Source: Roseobacteraceae bacterium (GTDB lineage: Bacteria; Pseudomonadota; Alphaproteobacteria; Rhodobacterales; Rhodobacteraceae). Taken from it: 64,000 nucleotides of DNA. Of the stretch, positions 46,053 to 55,058 are shown in pieces. The stretch's first letter is position 1. Each line of letters starts with the position of its first letter. The stretch is from assembly GCA_048381755.1 (NCBI GenBank), contig JBLXGS010000017.1:61554-125553 (forward strand), read 5' to 3'. The position numbers and the translations under genes were made by a program. Under the pieces are notes generated by a model. That model searched no databases, was not told the DNA's origin, and saw only the letters and a list, made by a program, of their open reading frames with translations.

Positions 46053-47479
46053 CGCTCGCTCCTTACGTAGCTGGGGCGGAAGATCTCGGTCACCGGCGGA
46101 TGGCCGGCGGTGCGGTCGGGGTACTTGGCGATCAGCCCGTTGACCTGCGCCTGCGCGCGGGCCATGTCGGCGGTCTCGTCGCAACCGGGGATCTTGCGGT
46201 CGGCCATCACGCGGCGCCCGTCGATCCAGACATCGCGCACGTCACGCCCCGAGGCCGAGGTCATCAGGCTCTGTACCGGGTCGGGGGTCTGCAGCGTGCG
46301 GCCGAGGTCGATCACCGTGATGTCGGCGCAGGCTCCGGGCGCGAGCAGGCCGAGGTCGGTCCGGCCAAGCGCGCGCGCGCCACCCAGCGTGGCCGCGTCG
46401 AACATTTCCTCGCTGCGCAGCGCGTCGGCGCCGGCAATCCGCGCGGCCATCATGCCGATCTGCATGTTGAGGATCATGTCCGGCGGCCAGGTGTCGGTGC
46501 CGAGCCCGATATTGATGCCGCGCGCCCGGAAGGCCGGGAAGGAGTGCAGCAGGCCACCGTGCCTCGCAGAAACCAGCGGGCAATGGACCAGTGTTGCGCC
46601 GCGCTCGGCGATCAGTGCGAAGTCGCGCTCCGAGGCATGGGTTCCATGCGGCAGCAGCCAGTTGCTTTCCAGCGCGCCGATCCGGTCGAGCCAGTCGATC
46701 GGCGTGGTGCCATGCTGCTCCTGCACCAGCCGCAGCTCGGTGGGCGACTGGCAGCAATGCTGACGTACCGGCGCACCCATCTCTGCGGCAAGCGCCTGGG
46801 TGCGGCGCAAGAGCTCTGCGGTACAGGTCTCGATCCGGTCCGGGGCGAACATCGCGCGGATGCGGCCGCCTGCGGCGCCGTCGATGCGCGTGGCAAAGGC
46901 TGCAGCGTCCTCCAGCCCCTGCAGTCCGCGCGGTTCGTCGTAGATGGCGCGGATCGTGCCCGCCTCGTCGGTGACCTGCCCGCCGGTGCGATAGGCGGGG
47001 CCGAGGTAGACGCGCAGCCCCAGCTCCTCGGCGGCCTGTGCGGCGGCGTCGAACTCGGCCACGGTCTCGCCCCAGGCGCGGTAGAACAGCGACGCGATGG
47101 GCAGGGCGGTGGTGATGCCGTTGCGAATAAGCTGCGCGAAGGCAAAGCGCTTCTGGAAGGCCAGCTCTTCGGGCGAATACATCTCGTAGGGGCCGCGCGC
47201 GACGTAGCTCTCGGGCCAGACCCGTCCTTTCTTCCACGCCGGTCCATTGTCATAGCCAAGGATGGTCGTATCGAGGTCCGACAGCGCGTCGAGGTCGATG
47301 AACCCGGGCGAGATCACCGCCTCCCCGTAGTCCACGCGCTGCGCGACCTCACCGTCGAAGCCGCGCCCCACATGCAACACGCGAGAGCCCTCGATCACCA
47401 CCACCCCGTTCTCGTGCACGACGTGGCGGCCGTCCTTGTGGCCGATGACCCAGCGGGCCGAGAGCAGGGTGCGGCTCAT
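46049..47479 (-). CDS. Amidohydrolase-superfamily protein (chlorohydrolase/aminohydrolase-like) lacking the N-terminal HxH motif
   Basis: 476 aa. The position that normally reads PGF(V/I)xxHxH reads PGFIDLDALSDLD. Later conserved positions are present (VRQHCCQS, LLPHGTH, GLGTDT). Confidence 0.7.
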
Positions 47480-48663
47480 GGCGCGTCGATCACGGCTTTG
47501 CCGCCCCGCGCGACGACCATGCCGCGTTTTAGCACCAGCGCCCGGGGCGTGCGCAGTGCGACCGCCTCTGCCAGCGTCTCGCCCTCGACCAGCACGGCAT
47601 CGGCCTGATCGCCGGGTTCTAGTCCGTAGCCCTCGACCTCCATGATCGCGGCGCCGCCATGGGTGCAGATGTCCAGCGCCAGTTCGACCTCGTCATCGCG
47701 TCTCAGGTTGTTGCGCAGCCCGACGAACATCGCCCGTTCCAGCATGTCGGCGTTCCCATAGGGTCCCCAGGTGTCGCGGATGCCGTCCGAACCCGCGCCG
47801 GTGAGGATGCCCGCCGCCTTTAGCTCCTTGACCAGCGGCACCGGCGCCGAGGCCGGCGCGGTGGTTATGATGTGGATGCGCTCTTCGGCGAGCTGCTCGT
47901 GCAGCGATGCGACATAGGCACGGTCACTCATGCCGAGGCAGAAGGCGTGGCTGACGGTGACCTTGCCCTGCATCCCGGTTGCTCGGGTCCGGCCGATGAT
48001 CTCTTCCATCGAGAACCCGCCCATCAGGTCACGCTCATGCAGGTGGATGTCGATCGGCTTGCCATGCTTTTCGGCGAGCCGGAACACCGCATCGAGATGC
48101 CCCTTGGGGTCGCGCTCGATGCCGCAGGGGTCGATGCCGCCGACAACGTCGGCGCCGAGCGCCAGCGCCTCATCCATCAATTCGACCGTGCCGGGTCGCG
48201 GCATCATCGAGGACTGCGGGAAGGCGACGATCTCGATATCTACGTAGCCCGCCAGTTTCTCGCGCGTTGCCATGACGCCCTCGATGCCGCGCAGCCCGTG
48301 GTGGGTGTCGACATCGACGTGGCTGCGAATGTGGGTGGTGCCATGGCTAATCGACAGGATCGCCTGCCGCTCGCTCTGCACCTGCGGGTCGAGCCCGAGC
48401 GAGACCTTCACCTCGCGTTCGTTGTCGATCTTGTCGATCAGCCGCGGGCCGACCTCGTTGCGGTACCACGGCAGGCCGAGCAGCGACTTGTCGAGATGGG
48501 TGTGTGCCTCGACCAGCCCGGGGATCAGGATGCGACCGCCGCAGTCGATGACCTCGGCACCCTCGGGCGCGGCGGCGGCAAAGCGGCCGTCCACGATGTG
48601 CAGGTCGGTGGCAGGAGCGCCCATCGGGCGCACGTTCTTGAGGGTCTTTGCAGTCATGGTCAT
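47476..48663 (-). CDS. Cytosine deaminase / AtzC-like amidohydrolase
   Basis: Start at ATG 48663 (ATGA overlap with the permease stop). LVEAHTHLD, HIRSHVDV, IVAFPQ, IDIHLHE, VSHAF and GSDGIRDTWGPYGNADML parallel the E. coli CodA motifs as I recall them. The 686-aa track ORF is an out-of-frame run-on into the permease gene. Confidence 0.8.
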   Translation of the reverse strand: MTMTAKTLKNVRPMGAPATDLHIVDGRFAAAAPEGAEVIDCGGRILIPGLVEAHTHLDKSLLGLPWYRNEVGPRLIDKIDNEREVKVSLGLDPQVQSERQAILSISHGTTHIRSHVDVDTHHGLRGIEGVMATREKLAGYVDIEIVAFPQSSMMPRPGTVELMDEALALGADVVGGIDPCGIERDPKGHLDAVFRLAEKHGKPIDIHLHERDLMGGFSMEEIIGRTRATGMQGKVTVSHAFCLGMSDRAYVASLHEQLAEERIHIITTAPASAPVPLVKELKAAGILTGAGSDGIRDTWGPYGNADMLERAMFVGLRNNLRRDDEVELALDICTHGGAAIMEVEGYGLEPGDQADAVLVEGETLAEAVALRTPRALVLKRGMVVARGGKAVIDAP

Positions 48664-49634
48664 CTCAGTTTCGGGTTGAGCGCATCGCGCAACCAGTCGC
48701 CAATCATGTTGACCGACAGGACGATCAGGCACAGCTGGATCGCGGGAAAGACGACGATCCACCACAGGCCGGAGAAGAGGTACTGGTTGCCCACGCGGAT
48801 CAGCGTGCCGAGGCTGGGCTGGTCCGGCGGCATACCGACGCCGAGGAAGGACAGCGTCGCTTCGGAGAGGATCGCGAGGCCGAAGTTCAGCGTTGCTGCG
48901 ACGAGGATCGGGGTCATGCAGTTGGGCAGGATGTGGTGCAGCATGATCCGCCAGGCCTTCACCCGGATCAGCCGCGCCGCGCTGACGTAATCCTTCTTGC
49001 GCTCGACCATCGCCGAGGCGCGCACGGTGCGGGCGTATTGCACCCAGGACGGCACAGCGATGGCGAGGATCAGGATCGGCGCGGCCAGTACATCCTTGAG
49101 GTGCGTCGGCAGCGCGGCGGTGGCGACGGCGGTGATGAGGATGGCGATCAGGATGAAGGGCATAGACAGCAGCACGTCGCCAATCCGCATGATCACGTTG
49201 TCGATCCAGCCGCCGAAGTAGCCTGCGATGAGCCCCAGAGAGAGCCCGACCGCCAGCGCCACCATCACCGAGGCAAAGCCGATCACAAGGCTGATCCGCG
49301 AGCCGTAGAGGATCGCCGAGAGGATGTCGCGGCCCTGCGTGTCGGTGCCCAGAATGTAGGGCCATTGCCCCTGCGCGTTCCAGACCGGCGGAATCTCGGC
49401 GTTCCACAGCTCGAGCGCGGCGAGGTCGTAGGGGTCCTGCGGCGTGATGAAGGGTGCCAGCAGGGCGCTCAGCGCCACGAGCGCCAGCAGGCAGGCCGCG
49501 AAGATCGCGCTGGGGTGACTGCGGAAGGAATACCACAGGTCGCTCTCGCGCAGCGCGGCAAGGCGCGTCCGGCGGGGCAGGGCGGTCTCTGCGGGGGGCT
49601 TCGGAGTGTCGGTCATGGGGGAGATGTCAGCCAT
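48660..49634 (-). CDS. ABC transporter permease (DppC/OppC-like)
   Basis: Polytopic, with the typical DppC N-terminus and EAA region. Start set at ATG 49634, preceded by GGAGG. Confidence 0.85.
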   Translation of the reverse strand: MADISPMTDTPKPPAETALPRRTRLAALRESDLWYSFRSHPSAIFAACLLALVALSALLAPFITPQDPYDLAALELWNAEIPPVWNAQGQWPYILGTDTQGRDILSAILYGSRISLVIGFASVMVALAVGLSLGLIAGYFGGWIDNVIMRIGDVLLSMPFILIAILITAVATAALPTHLKDVLAAPILILAIAVPSWVQYARTVRASAMVERKKDYVSAARLIRVKAWRIMLHHILPNCMTPILVAATLNFGLAILSEATLSFLGVGMPPDQPSLGTLIRVGNQYLFSGLWWIVVFPAIQLCLIVLSVNMIGDWLRDALNPKLR

Positions 49635-50619
49635 TGGCCCCTCCGGCTTTGGCGGCATCGTCGCGCAGCCGGGGATCGACCCAGGCGTAGGTCACGTCGA
49701 CCAGCGTATTGAGCAGCACGAAGATGAAGGAAACGAGCATCAGGTAGGCGGCCATCACCGGGATATCGACGAAGGTCACCGCCTGGATGAAGAGCAGCCC
49801 CATGCCGGGCCATTGGAACACCGTTTCGGTGACCAGCGCGAAGGCGATGAGGTTGCCGATTTGCATGCCGGTGAGGGTGATCACCGGCATCAGGCAGTTG
49901 CGCAGCGCGTGCACCCAGTGCACCCGGGCCTTCGGCACGCCGCGCGCGCGGGCGAACTTCACGTAGTCGCTGCGCAGGGTCTCGAGCATCTCGGCCCGCA
50001 CCAGCCGCATCACCAGGGTGATCTGGAAGGTCGAGAGCGACAGCGCGGGCAACACCAGCGCCGCACGTCCCGAGGGAGTGAGCAGCCCGGTCGACCACCA
50101 GCCGATGTTCACCGTCTCGCCGCGCCCGAAGGCGGGCAGCCAGCCGAGACTGACTGAGAAGCCGAGGATCAGCAGGATGCCGACCACGAAGCTCGGCAGC
50201 GAGACGCCGACGATCGAACCCAGCTGCAGCGCGTTCGCCAGTCGCGAGTTGCGGTGCACGGCGGTGATCACCCCGAGCGGGATGCCGACCACGAGCGAGA
50301 TCACCGTGGCCACCAGCACCAGCTCGAAAGTGGCCGGGAACCGCTCGCCGATCAGCACCATCACGTCCTGCTGGTTGCGGTAGGAGATGCCGAAATCGCC
50401 CTGCGCGGCGTTGGTGACGAAGCGCGTGTACTGGGTGACGAAACTGTCGTTCAGCCCCAGTCGCTCGCGCAGCTCGGCGCGGTCGGCCTGGGTCGCCTGC
50501 TCGTTGACCATCATCTCGACGGGATCGCCGAAGAAGCGGAATATCACGAAGGCCAGCAGCGCGACGGCGAGCATCACGAAGGCCGCGTTGGCCGTGCGCT
50601 TGATGAGAAAGGCGAGCAT
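49627..50619 (-). CDS. ABC transporter permease (DppB/OppB-like)
   Basis: MLAFLIKRTANAAFVMLAVALLAFVIFRFFGDPV is the canonical DppB-type N-terminus. 330 aa. SD AGGAG. Confidence 0.9.
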   Translation of the reverse strand: MLAFLIKRTANAAFVMLAVALLAFVIFRFFGDPVEMMVNEQATQADRAELRERLGLNDSFVTQYTRFVTNAAQGDFGISYRNQQDVMVLIGERFPATFELVLVATVISLVVGIPLGVITAVHRNSRLANALQLGSIVGVSLPSFVVGILLILGFSVSLGWLPAFGRGETVNIGWWSTGLLTPSGRAALVLPALSLSTFQITLVMRLVRAEMLETLRSDYVKFARARGVPKARVHWVHALRNCLMPVITLTGMQIGNLIAFALVTETVFQWPGMGLLFIQAVTFVDIPVMAAYLMLVSFIFVLLNTLVDVTYAWVDPRLRDDAAKAGGANG

Positions 50620-50685
50620 GGCTCACTCCTGTCTTGCGGGCGGGACGGACCCACCGGCTGTCATCATGTCTCAAGGGGTTAGGAC

Positions 50686-50705
50686 GCGGGGGCAGGTGCC
50701 CCCGC
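50686..50705 (-). terminator. GC-rich stem-loop between SBP and permease genes (possible attenuator or mRNA stabiliser)
   Basis: GCGGGGGC (50686-50693), loop AGGT, then GCCCCCGC (50698-50705), 10 nt after the SBP stop. Confidence 0.45.
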
Positions 50706-50714
50706 GCGCCTGTC

Positions 50715-52292
50715 TCAGCTGCCCTGGCCGACCTGCGCGAACCACAGGCGCGGCTTGTTGTCGGGGAAGAGCGGCATCTCGCTGACCTCGTCGGTCACCG
50801 CCCAGGCCATGGGCTGCTGGTGCAGCGGGATCATGATCATCTCGTCCTTTACGAACTGCAGGGCCTCGGTCTCGAGCGACAGGCGGGTGTCGGTGTCGAG
50901 TTCGCTGCCCGCCGCGTCGATCAGCGCGTCCAGCTCGGGATAGGACCAGCCACCCCAGTTGAAGACACCCGAATTGCCCTCTTTGCTGTGGAAGATCTGC
51001 AGCAGCGGCGAGTAGGCATCGAGCATCGGCAGCGTTGCCCAGCCGAGCGTGTAGATGTCGGTCTGGCCGTTGGTCCGCTTCGGCGTCTGCACCGCGCGCG
51101 GCGCCACGTCGAGCTTGGGCGCAAGCCCGATGCGCGACCACATGGAGGCGATGGCCTGACAGAACTGCTCTTCGTTCACCAGCCCATCGGCGAGGCAGTT
51201 GAACTCGAACTGCAGACCCTCGGGCACGCCAGCCTCGGCCAGGAGCGCCTTGGCTGCATCAGGATCGTATCCTGGAACTGTATCCAGTTCCTCCGAATAT
51301 CCAGGGATCGGCGGTGCCACGGTCGCACCGGCGGTGCGGGATTTCCCGCGCATCACCCGGCTCTGGAGCAGGTCGAGATCGATCGCCTTGTAGAGGGCCT
51401 CGCGCACGGATTTTTCCTTGAAGGGGTTGGGCTCGCCCGACACCAACGTGTCGCGGAAGGGAAAGCCGATCATCACGGTGCGCAGGTCCACGCCCTCGAG
51501 TACGTCGACGTCGGGCGCGGCGGCGAGGCGGGGAAGATCCTGCACCGGCGCGTCATTGGTGAAGTTGATCTCGCCGGAGAGCAGCGCAGCGACGCGGGTC
51601 GCCGCCGAGGTCACCGGGGTCAGCTCGATGCGGTCGAGATTGTGTTGGGGCTCATCCCACCAGTCGGCGTTCGCGACGAAGACGGTCTTGGCGTCGGGCT
51701 GACGGCTTTCGACCTTGAACGGGCCGGTGCCGTTGGCGTTGTAGGTGGCGTAGCCCTCGGTGCCCGATCCAATGTCGGTGGGCAGTAGGGAATCGTGCTC
51801 GACCATCCATTCCTTGTCGAAAATATGGATATTTGTCAGGTCGTTGAGCAGAAGCGGGTAGGTGCCGTTGAGCGTGATGTCGACCGTAAGGTCATCGACC
51901 ACCTTCGACGAGACATAGGCCGGGAGGTTGCCCTTCAGCGGCGAGGTCTCATGGCTGACGCGCTGCAGCGAGGCAACGACGTCCTCAGCGGTGAAGGGGT
52001 TGCCGTTGTGGAAAGTGACCCCCTCGCGCAGCTTGAAGCGCCAGGTGACCTTGTCGTCGAGAATTTCCCAGCTGGTGGCCAGCGCCGGTTCGATCTTGAG
52101 GTCGGCATTGTAGCGCACCAGCCCCTCGTAGACGTGGTTCAGCACGTTGATGGTGAAGCTATCGCCGTAGGAATAGGGGTCGAGCGAGCCGATGTCCCGG
52201 TTGGCGCCCCACTTGAGCACGTTCTCGGCCTGCGCCGTTCCTGCGAGGGTGGCGAGCGCCGCCGAGGCAAGCAGAATCTGTCTGAAAGTCAT
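50715..52292 (-). CDS. ABC transporter substrate-binding protein, family 5 (DppA/OppA/NikA-like)
   Basis: Start at ATG 52292, giving the signal peptide MTFRQILLASAALATLAGTAQA. 525 aa. The N-terminal 196 aa of the track ORF are antisense to the GntR gene and are not credible. Confidence 0.85.
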   Translation of the reverse strand: MTFRQILLASAALATLAGTAQAENVLKWGANRDIGSLDPYSYGDSFTINVLNHVYEGLVRYNADLKIEPALATSWEILDDKVTWRFKLREGVTFHNGNPFTAEDVVASLQRVSHETSPLKGNLPAYVSSKVVDDLTVDITLNGTYPLLLNDLTNIHIFDKEWMVEHDSLLPTDIGSGTEGYATYNANGTGPFKVESRQPDAKTVFVANADWWDEPQHNLDRIELTPVTSAATRVAALLSGEINFTNDAPVQDLPRLAAAPDVDVLEGVDLRTVMIGFPFRDTLVSGEPNPFKEKSVREALYKAIDLDLLQSRVMRGKSRTAGATVAPPIPGYSEELDTVPGYDPDAAKALLAEAGVPEGLQFEFNCLADGLVNEEQFCQAIASMWSRIGLAPKLDVAPRAVQTPKRTNGQTDIYTLGWATLPMLDAYSPLLQIFHSKEGNSGVFNWGGWSYPELDALIDAAGSELDTDTRLSLETEALQFVKDEMIMIPLHQQPMAWAVTDEVSEMPLFPDNKPRLWFAQVGQGS

Positions 52293-52332
52293 GGTCCCGT
52301 CCCTGTTGGTGATTGTATTTGGGAATCGATGA

Positions 52333-52416
52333 AATTGGATACGATGCTGGATTGATGCGGCATCGTATCTCGCTTTGCAAGAAAATTGTATCCAATTGAC
52401 GAGATCGCTTGGATAC
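52333..52416. promoter_or_regulatory. Repeated TTGGATAC boxes and a 10-bp inverted repeat in a divergent promoter (candidate GntR operators)
   Basis: AATTGGATAC at 52333-52342, its reverse complement GTATCCAATT at 52388-52397, and TTGGATAC at 52409-52416. The inverted repeat GATACGATGC (52338-52347) / GCATCGTATC (52360-52369) is also present. Confidence 0.5.
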
Positions 52417-52455
52417 GCTAGGTGAGTGCAAAGGAATGCGACAAGGCTCCGAGCC

Positions 52456-53142
52456 ATGACCGAAAAAACGACACTCACCGACGCCGTGCACACGCTGCTC
52501 AAGCGCGCCATCATTGAGCAGGCCCTGAAGCCGGGCATGCGGCTGCCCGAGGACACGGTGGGCGAGCAGTTCGGCGTGAGCCGGACCATCGTGCGCCATG
52601 CGCTGGTGCGGCTCGAGAACGAGGGACTGGTGGTCACCCGACGCAACCGCGGCGCCTTCGTCGCGGAGCCCTCGCTGGAAGAGGCGAAGCAGATCTTCGA
52701 GGTCCGCCGCGCGCTCGAGGCCGAGGTCATCCGCATCCTCGTCGAGCGCATCCCCTCCAGCGGTTTCGACCAGCTCGAGGCGCATGTGCGCAGCGAGGAG
52801 AGCGTGCGCGGAAAGGACGGACCGGTCTCGATCCGCCTTGCCGGAGAGTTCCACACGCTGCTCGCCGAGCTGACCGGCAACGCCGTGCTGTCGCGCTACG
52901 TCGGCGAGGTGGTGCTGCGTTGCTCGCTGATCATGGCGATGTACGCGAAGTCGCACTCATCAGACTGCGCCGTGGATGAACATTCGCAGATCATCGAGGC
53001 GATCCGCGCCGGCGATGCCGCCCGCGCGACGCAGATCATGGACCATCACCTGGGTGCCGTTGCCGGGCGGGCCGAGCTTGAGCAGAAACCGGACAGCGTC
53101 TCATCGATCCTGTCCCGCTACGGAAAGGAGCTTGCGACGTGA
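52456..53142 (+). CDS. GntR family transcriptional regulator (FCD domain)
   Basis: wHTH LPEDTVGEQFGVSRTIVRHALVRLENEGLVVTRRNRGAFV and an FCD-type C-terminus. ATG 52456 is preferred; GTG 52426 is possible. Confidence 0.85.
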   Translation: MTEKTTLTDAVHTLLKRAIIEQALKPGMRLPEDTVGEQFGVSRTIVRHALVRLENEGLVVTRRNRGAFVAEPSLEEAKQIFEVRRALEAEVIRILVERIPSSGFDQLEAHVRSEESVRGKDGPVSIRLAGEFHTLLAELTGNAVLSRYVGEVVLRCSLIMAMYAKSHSSDCAVDEHSQIIEAIRAGDAARATQIMDHHLGAVAGRAELEQKPDSVSSILSRYGKELAT

Positions 53143-53786
53143 CGCACCACGCGCTCAACTTCGCGGAGCTGACTCCCCGCGAGGCCTACAAGGTCATGAT
53201 CGGCACGATCGTGCCGCGCCCGATTGCCTGGGTCACCACGGTTTCGCCCGAAGGCGTGGTCAACGCCGCGCCCTATTCCTTCTTCAACTGCCTGTCCGCC
53301 GATCCGCCCATCCTTGCACTTGGTGTCGAGAACAAGCCCGACCGCAGCTTCAAGGACACGGCCTACAACATCCGGATGACGGAGTGCTTCACCGTGAACA
53401 TCGTCGATCGCGCCAACGCTGGGACGATGTCGGTGACGGCGGCCGCTTTCGGTCCCGAGGTGGACGAACTCGAGATGGCGGGGCTCACCGCAGTTCCCGG
53501 CGAGAAGGTTGCCTGCCCGCGGATCGCCGAGGCGCCGGTCGCTTTTGAATGCCGCCGCTATCTCGGGATCGAGGTCAGCTCGGCCCGGGAAATCATCCTC
53601 GGGCAGATCGTCATGGCACACGTGCGCGAGGACGTGATTGACCTTGGGACATACTATTCGAACCATGAAAAGCTCGACGCGATCGGGCGCATGGGCGGGA
53701 ATGGATACGCTGGCACGCTGGACTATTTCGACCTGGCGACGCCGTCGGCCGAAGAGGTGCTGTCTACGCGCAAGGCGCGGGCCTGA
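53139..53786 (+). CDS. Flavin reductase family protein (FMN-binding split barrel)
   Basis: IVPRPIAWVTTVSPEGVVNAAPYSFFN is the typical flavin-reductase-like domain opening. The GTG start overlaps the GntR stop (GTGA), and AAAGGAG lies 8 nt upstream. Confidence 0.8.
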   Translation: MTHHALNFAELTPREAYKVMIGTIVPRPIAWVTTVSPEGVVNAAPYSFFNCLSADPPILALGVENKPDRSFKDTAYNIRMTECFTVNIVDRANAGTMSVTAAAFGPEVDELEMAGLTAVPGEKVACPRIAEAPVAFECRRYLGIEVSSAREIILGQIVMAHVREDVIDLGTYYSNHEKLDAIGRMGGNGYAGTLDYFDLATPSAEEVLSTRKARA

Positions 53787-54061
53787 CGGCTGTAAGCGTG
53801 CGTGATCGCGGCCAAAGGAGGATGCCTCGGCTCAGAGGCGAAGTTTGATATGGCTACGTAACTCGACCATATCTGAGCATCGCGGTTCAGTTGCTCAGGC
53901 CATGTTCGATTGTTTTTGCAGTTTACGAGGTCGATTTCGACCGTGCCCTTTGATGAACGGGGCCAGAAAGTTCTCAGGTCGGTATTGCCCATTTGGAGTT
54001 CGCCACGCGATGACATTGCTGACCATCGCATAGCTCACCGGAAGGGCTGGCAGTGAAAGTG

Positions 54062-54961
54062 CTAATTCCTTGGCAGGCAGAGTTCGCCGATCCCCAGCTG
54101 GGGATAGACTTCCCCCAGCCGCGCAAGGTCCTCATGCAGTTCGCAGCGCAGCCATTGCGCAAGCTCTGCCGTGCGCGCCCGCCGTTCTGGCGGCGCGCGG
54201 TTGAGTAGGTAGCAATCGCGCGCGCCGATGGTGAGAGCATCGGCGGCGGGACACAGCTGCCCCTCGTGCAGCCAGTGGGCGACGATGTTGAGCCAGCCGT
54301 CGACCACGCCCCGTCCGATCAGCGCCCCCTGCAGAACGATCGCGTAGTCGGCGAAGCCGATCACCCCCGCCTGCGGCGCCGTGCCGTCAGGCGAGAGCTG
54401 GAGCCGCGTTACCTCGCCCCGGAACGCCTGCTCGCGTACCGCGGGCGTGCAGACCGGGATGAGTGCCTCCTGCATGACGAACAGCGCATCGGCGGGCTCG
54501 CGCGTCAGGTAACGCATCGCAAGATCGACATCGTCGGTCGGCCCATCCACCGCGCCGGGGATCAGCTGATAGCGCAGGTCGACATCCGGAAAGGCGGCCC
54601 GCAGCCGCTCGATGCGGGGCATGAGCCAATGCGCGGTGAAGGCGGTCGAGACCGATAGGGTGATCGGCATCTTGCCCCCCCGGCGACTCGCGAGCGCATC
54701 AAGTGCACCGCCGATCTCGGCGAAGGCGCCGCTGACGACCTCGCGCAATCGCAGACCCTCAGCTGTCAGCTGCGCCCCGGTCTTGCCGCGCCGGAACAGC
54801 GATGTGCCCAAGTGTTCTTCGAGCGTCGCGATGGTGCGGCTGATCGCCGGCTGCGTGACATTGAGCTCATCCGCGGCGCGGGAAAAATTCTCGTGACGCG
54901 CGGCCGCCTCGAAAACGTAGAGCGCATTGGCGGAGGGGAGCTTTCGGCGCAATCCAGACAT
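54062..54961 (-). CDS. LysR family transcriptional regulator (GcvA-like)
   Basis: HTH LYVFEAAARHENFSRAADELNVTQPAISRTIATLEEHLGTSLFRR. 299 aa. Confidence 0.9.
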   Translation of the reverse strand: MSGLRRKLPSANALYVFEAAARHENFSRAADELNVTQPAISRTIATLEEHLGTSLFRRGKTGAQLTAEGLRLREVVSGAFAEIGGALDALASRRGGKMPITLSVSTAFTAHWLMPRIERLRAAFPDVDLRYQLIPGAVDGPTDDVDLAMRYLTREPADALFVMQEALIPVCTPAVREQAFRGEVTRLQLSPDGTAPQAGVIGFADYAIVLQGALIGRGVVDGWLNIVAHWLHEGQLCPAADALTIGARDCYLLNRAPPERRARTAELAQWLRCELHEDLARLGEVYPQLGIGELCLPRN

Positions 54962-55058
54962 GATTTTAAGTTATGGATGACCCAACGATTTGTCCATTGG
55001 TGAAACCCCTCCTCCGGCGCAGGATCGCCGCAAAGCATTTCCCATAACGGAGCCTTCA

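Noticed and set aside
48664-49536. The N-terminal 291 aa of the 686-aa ORF 47476-49536. The same applies to upstream extensions of ORFs 50715-52880, 20966-23251, 24044-25651, 6864-8372 and 41283-42377.
   Set aside because: The extensions run out of frame through neighbouring genes or through promoter DNA. Internal starts have good SDs, signal peptides or ATGA/GTGA coupling, and they give proteins of family-typical length.
53723-54031. A 102-aa minus-strand ORF in the flavin reductase / LysR spacer.
   Set aside because: It overlaps the 3' end of the flavin reductase gene. It has no SD, no recognisable domain and an odd composition. I kept it only as part of the spacer observation.
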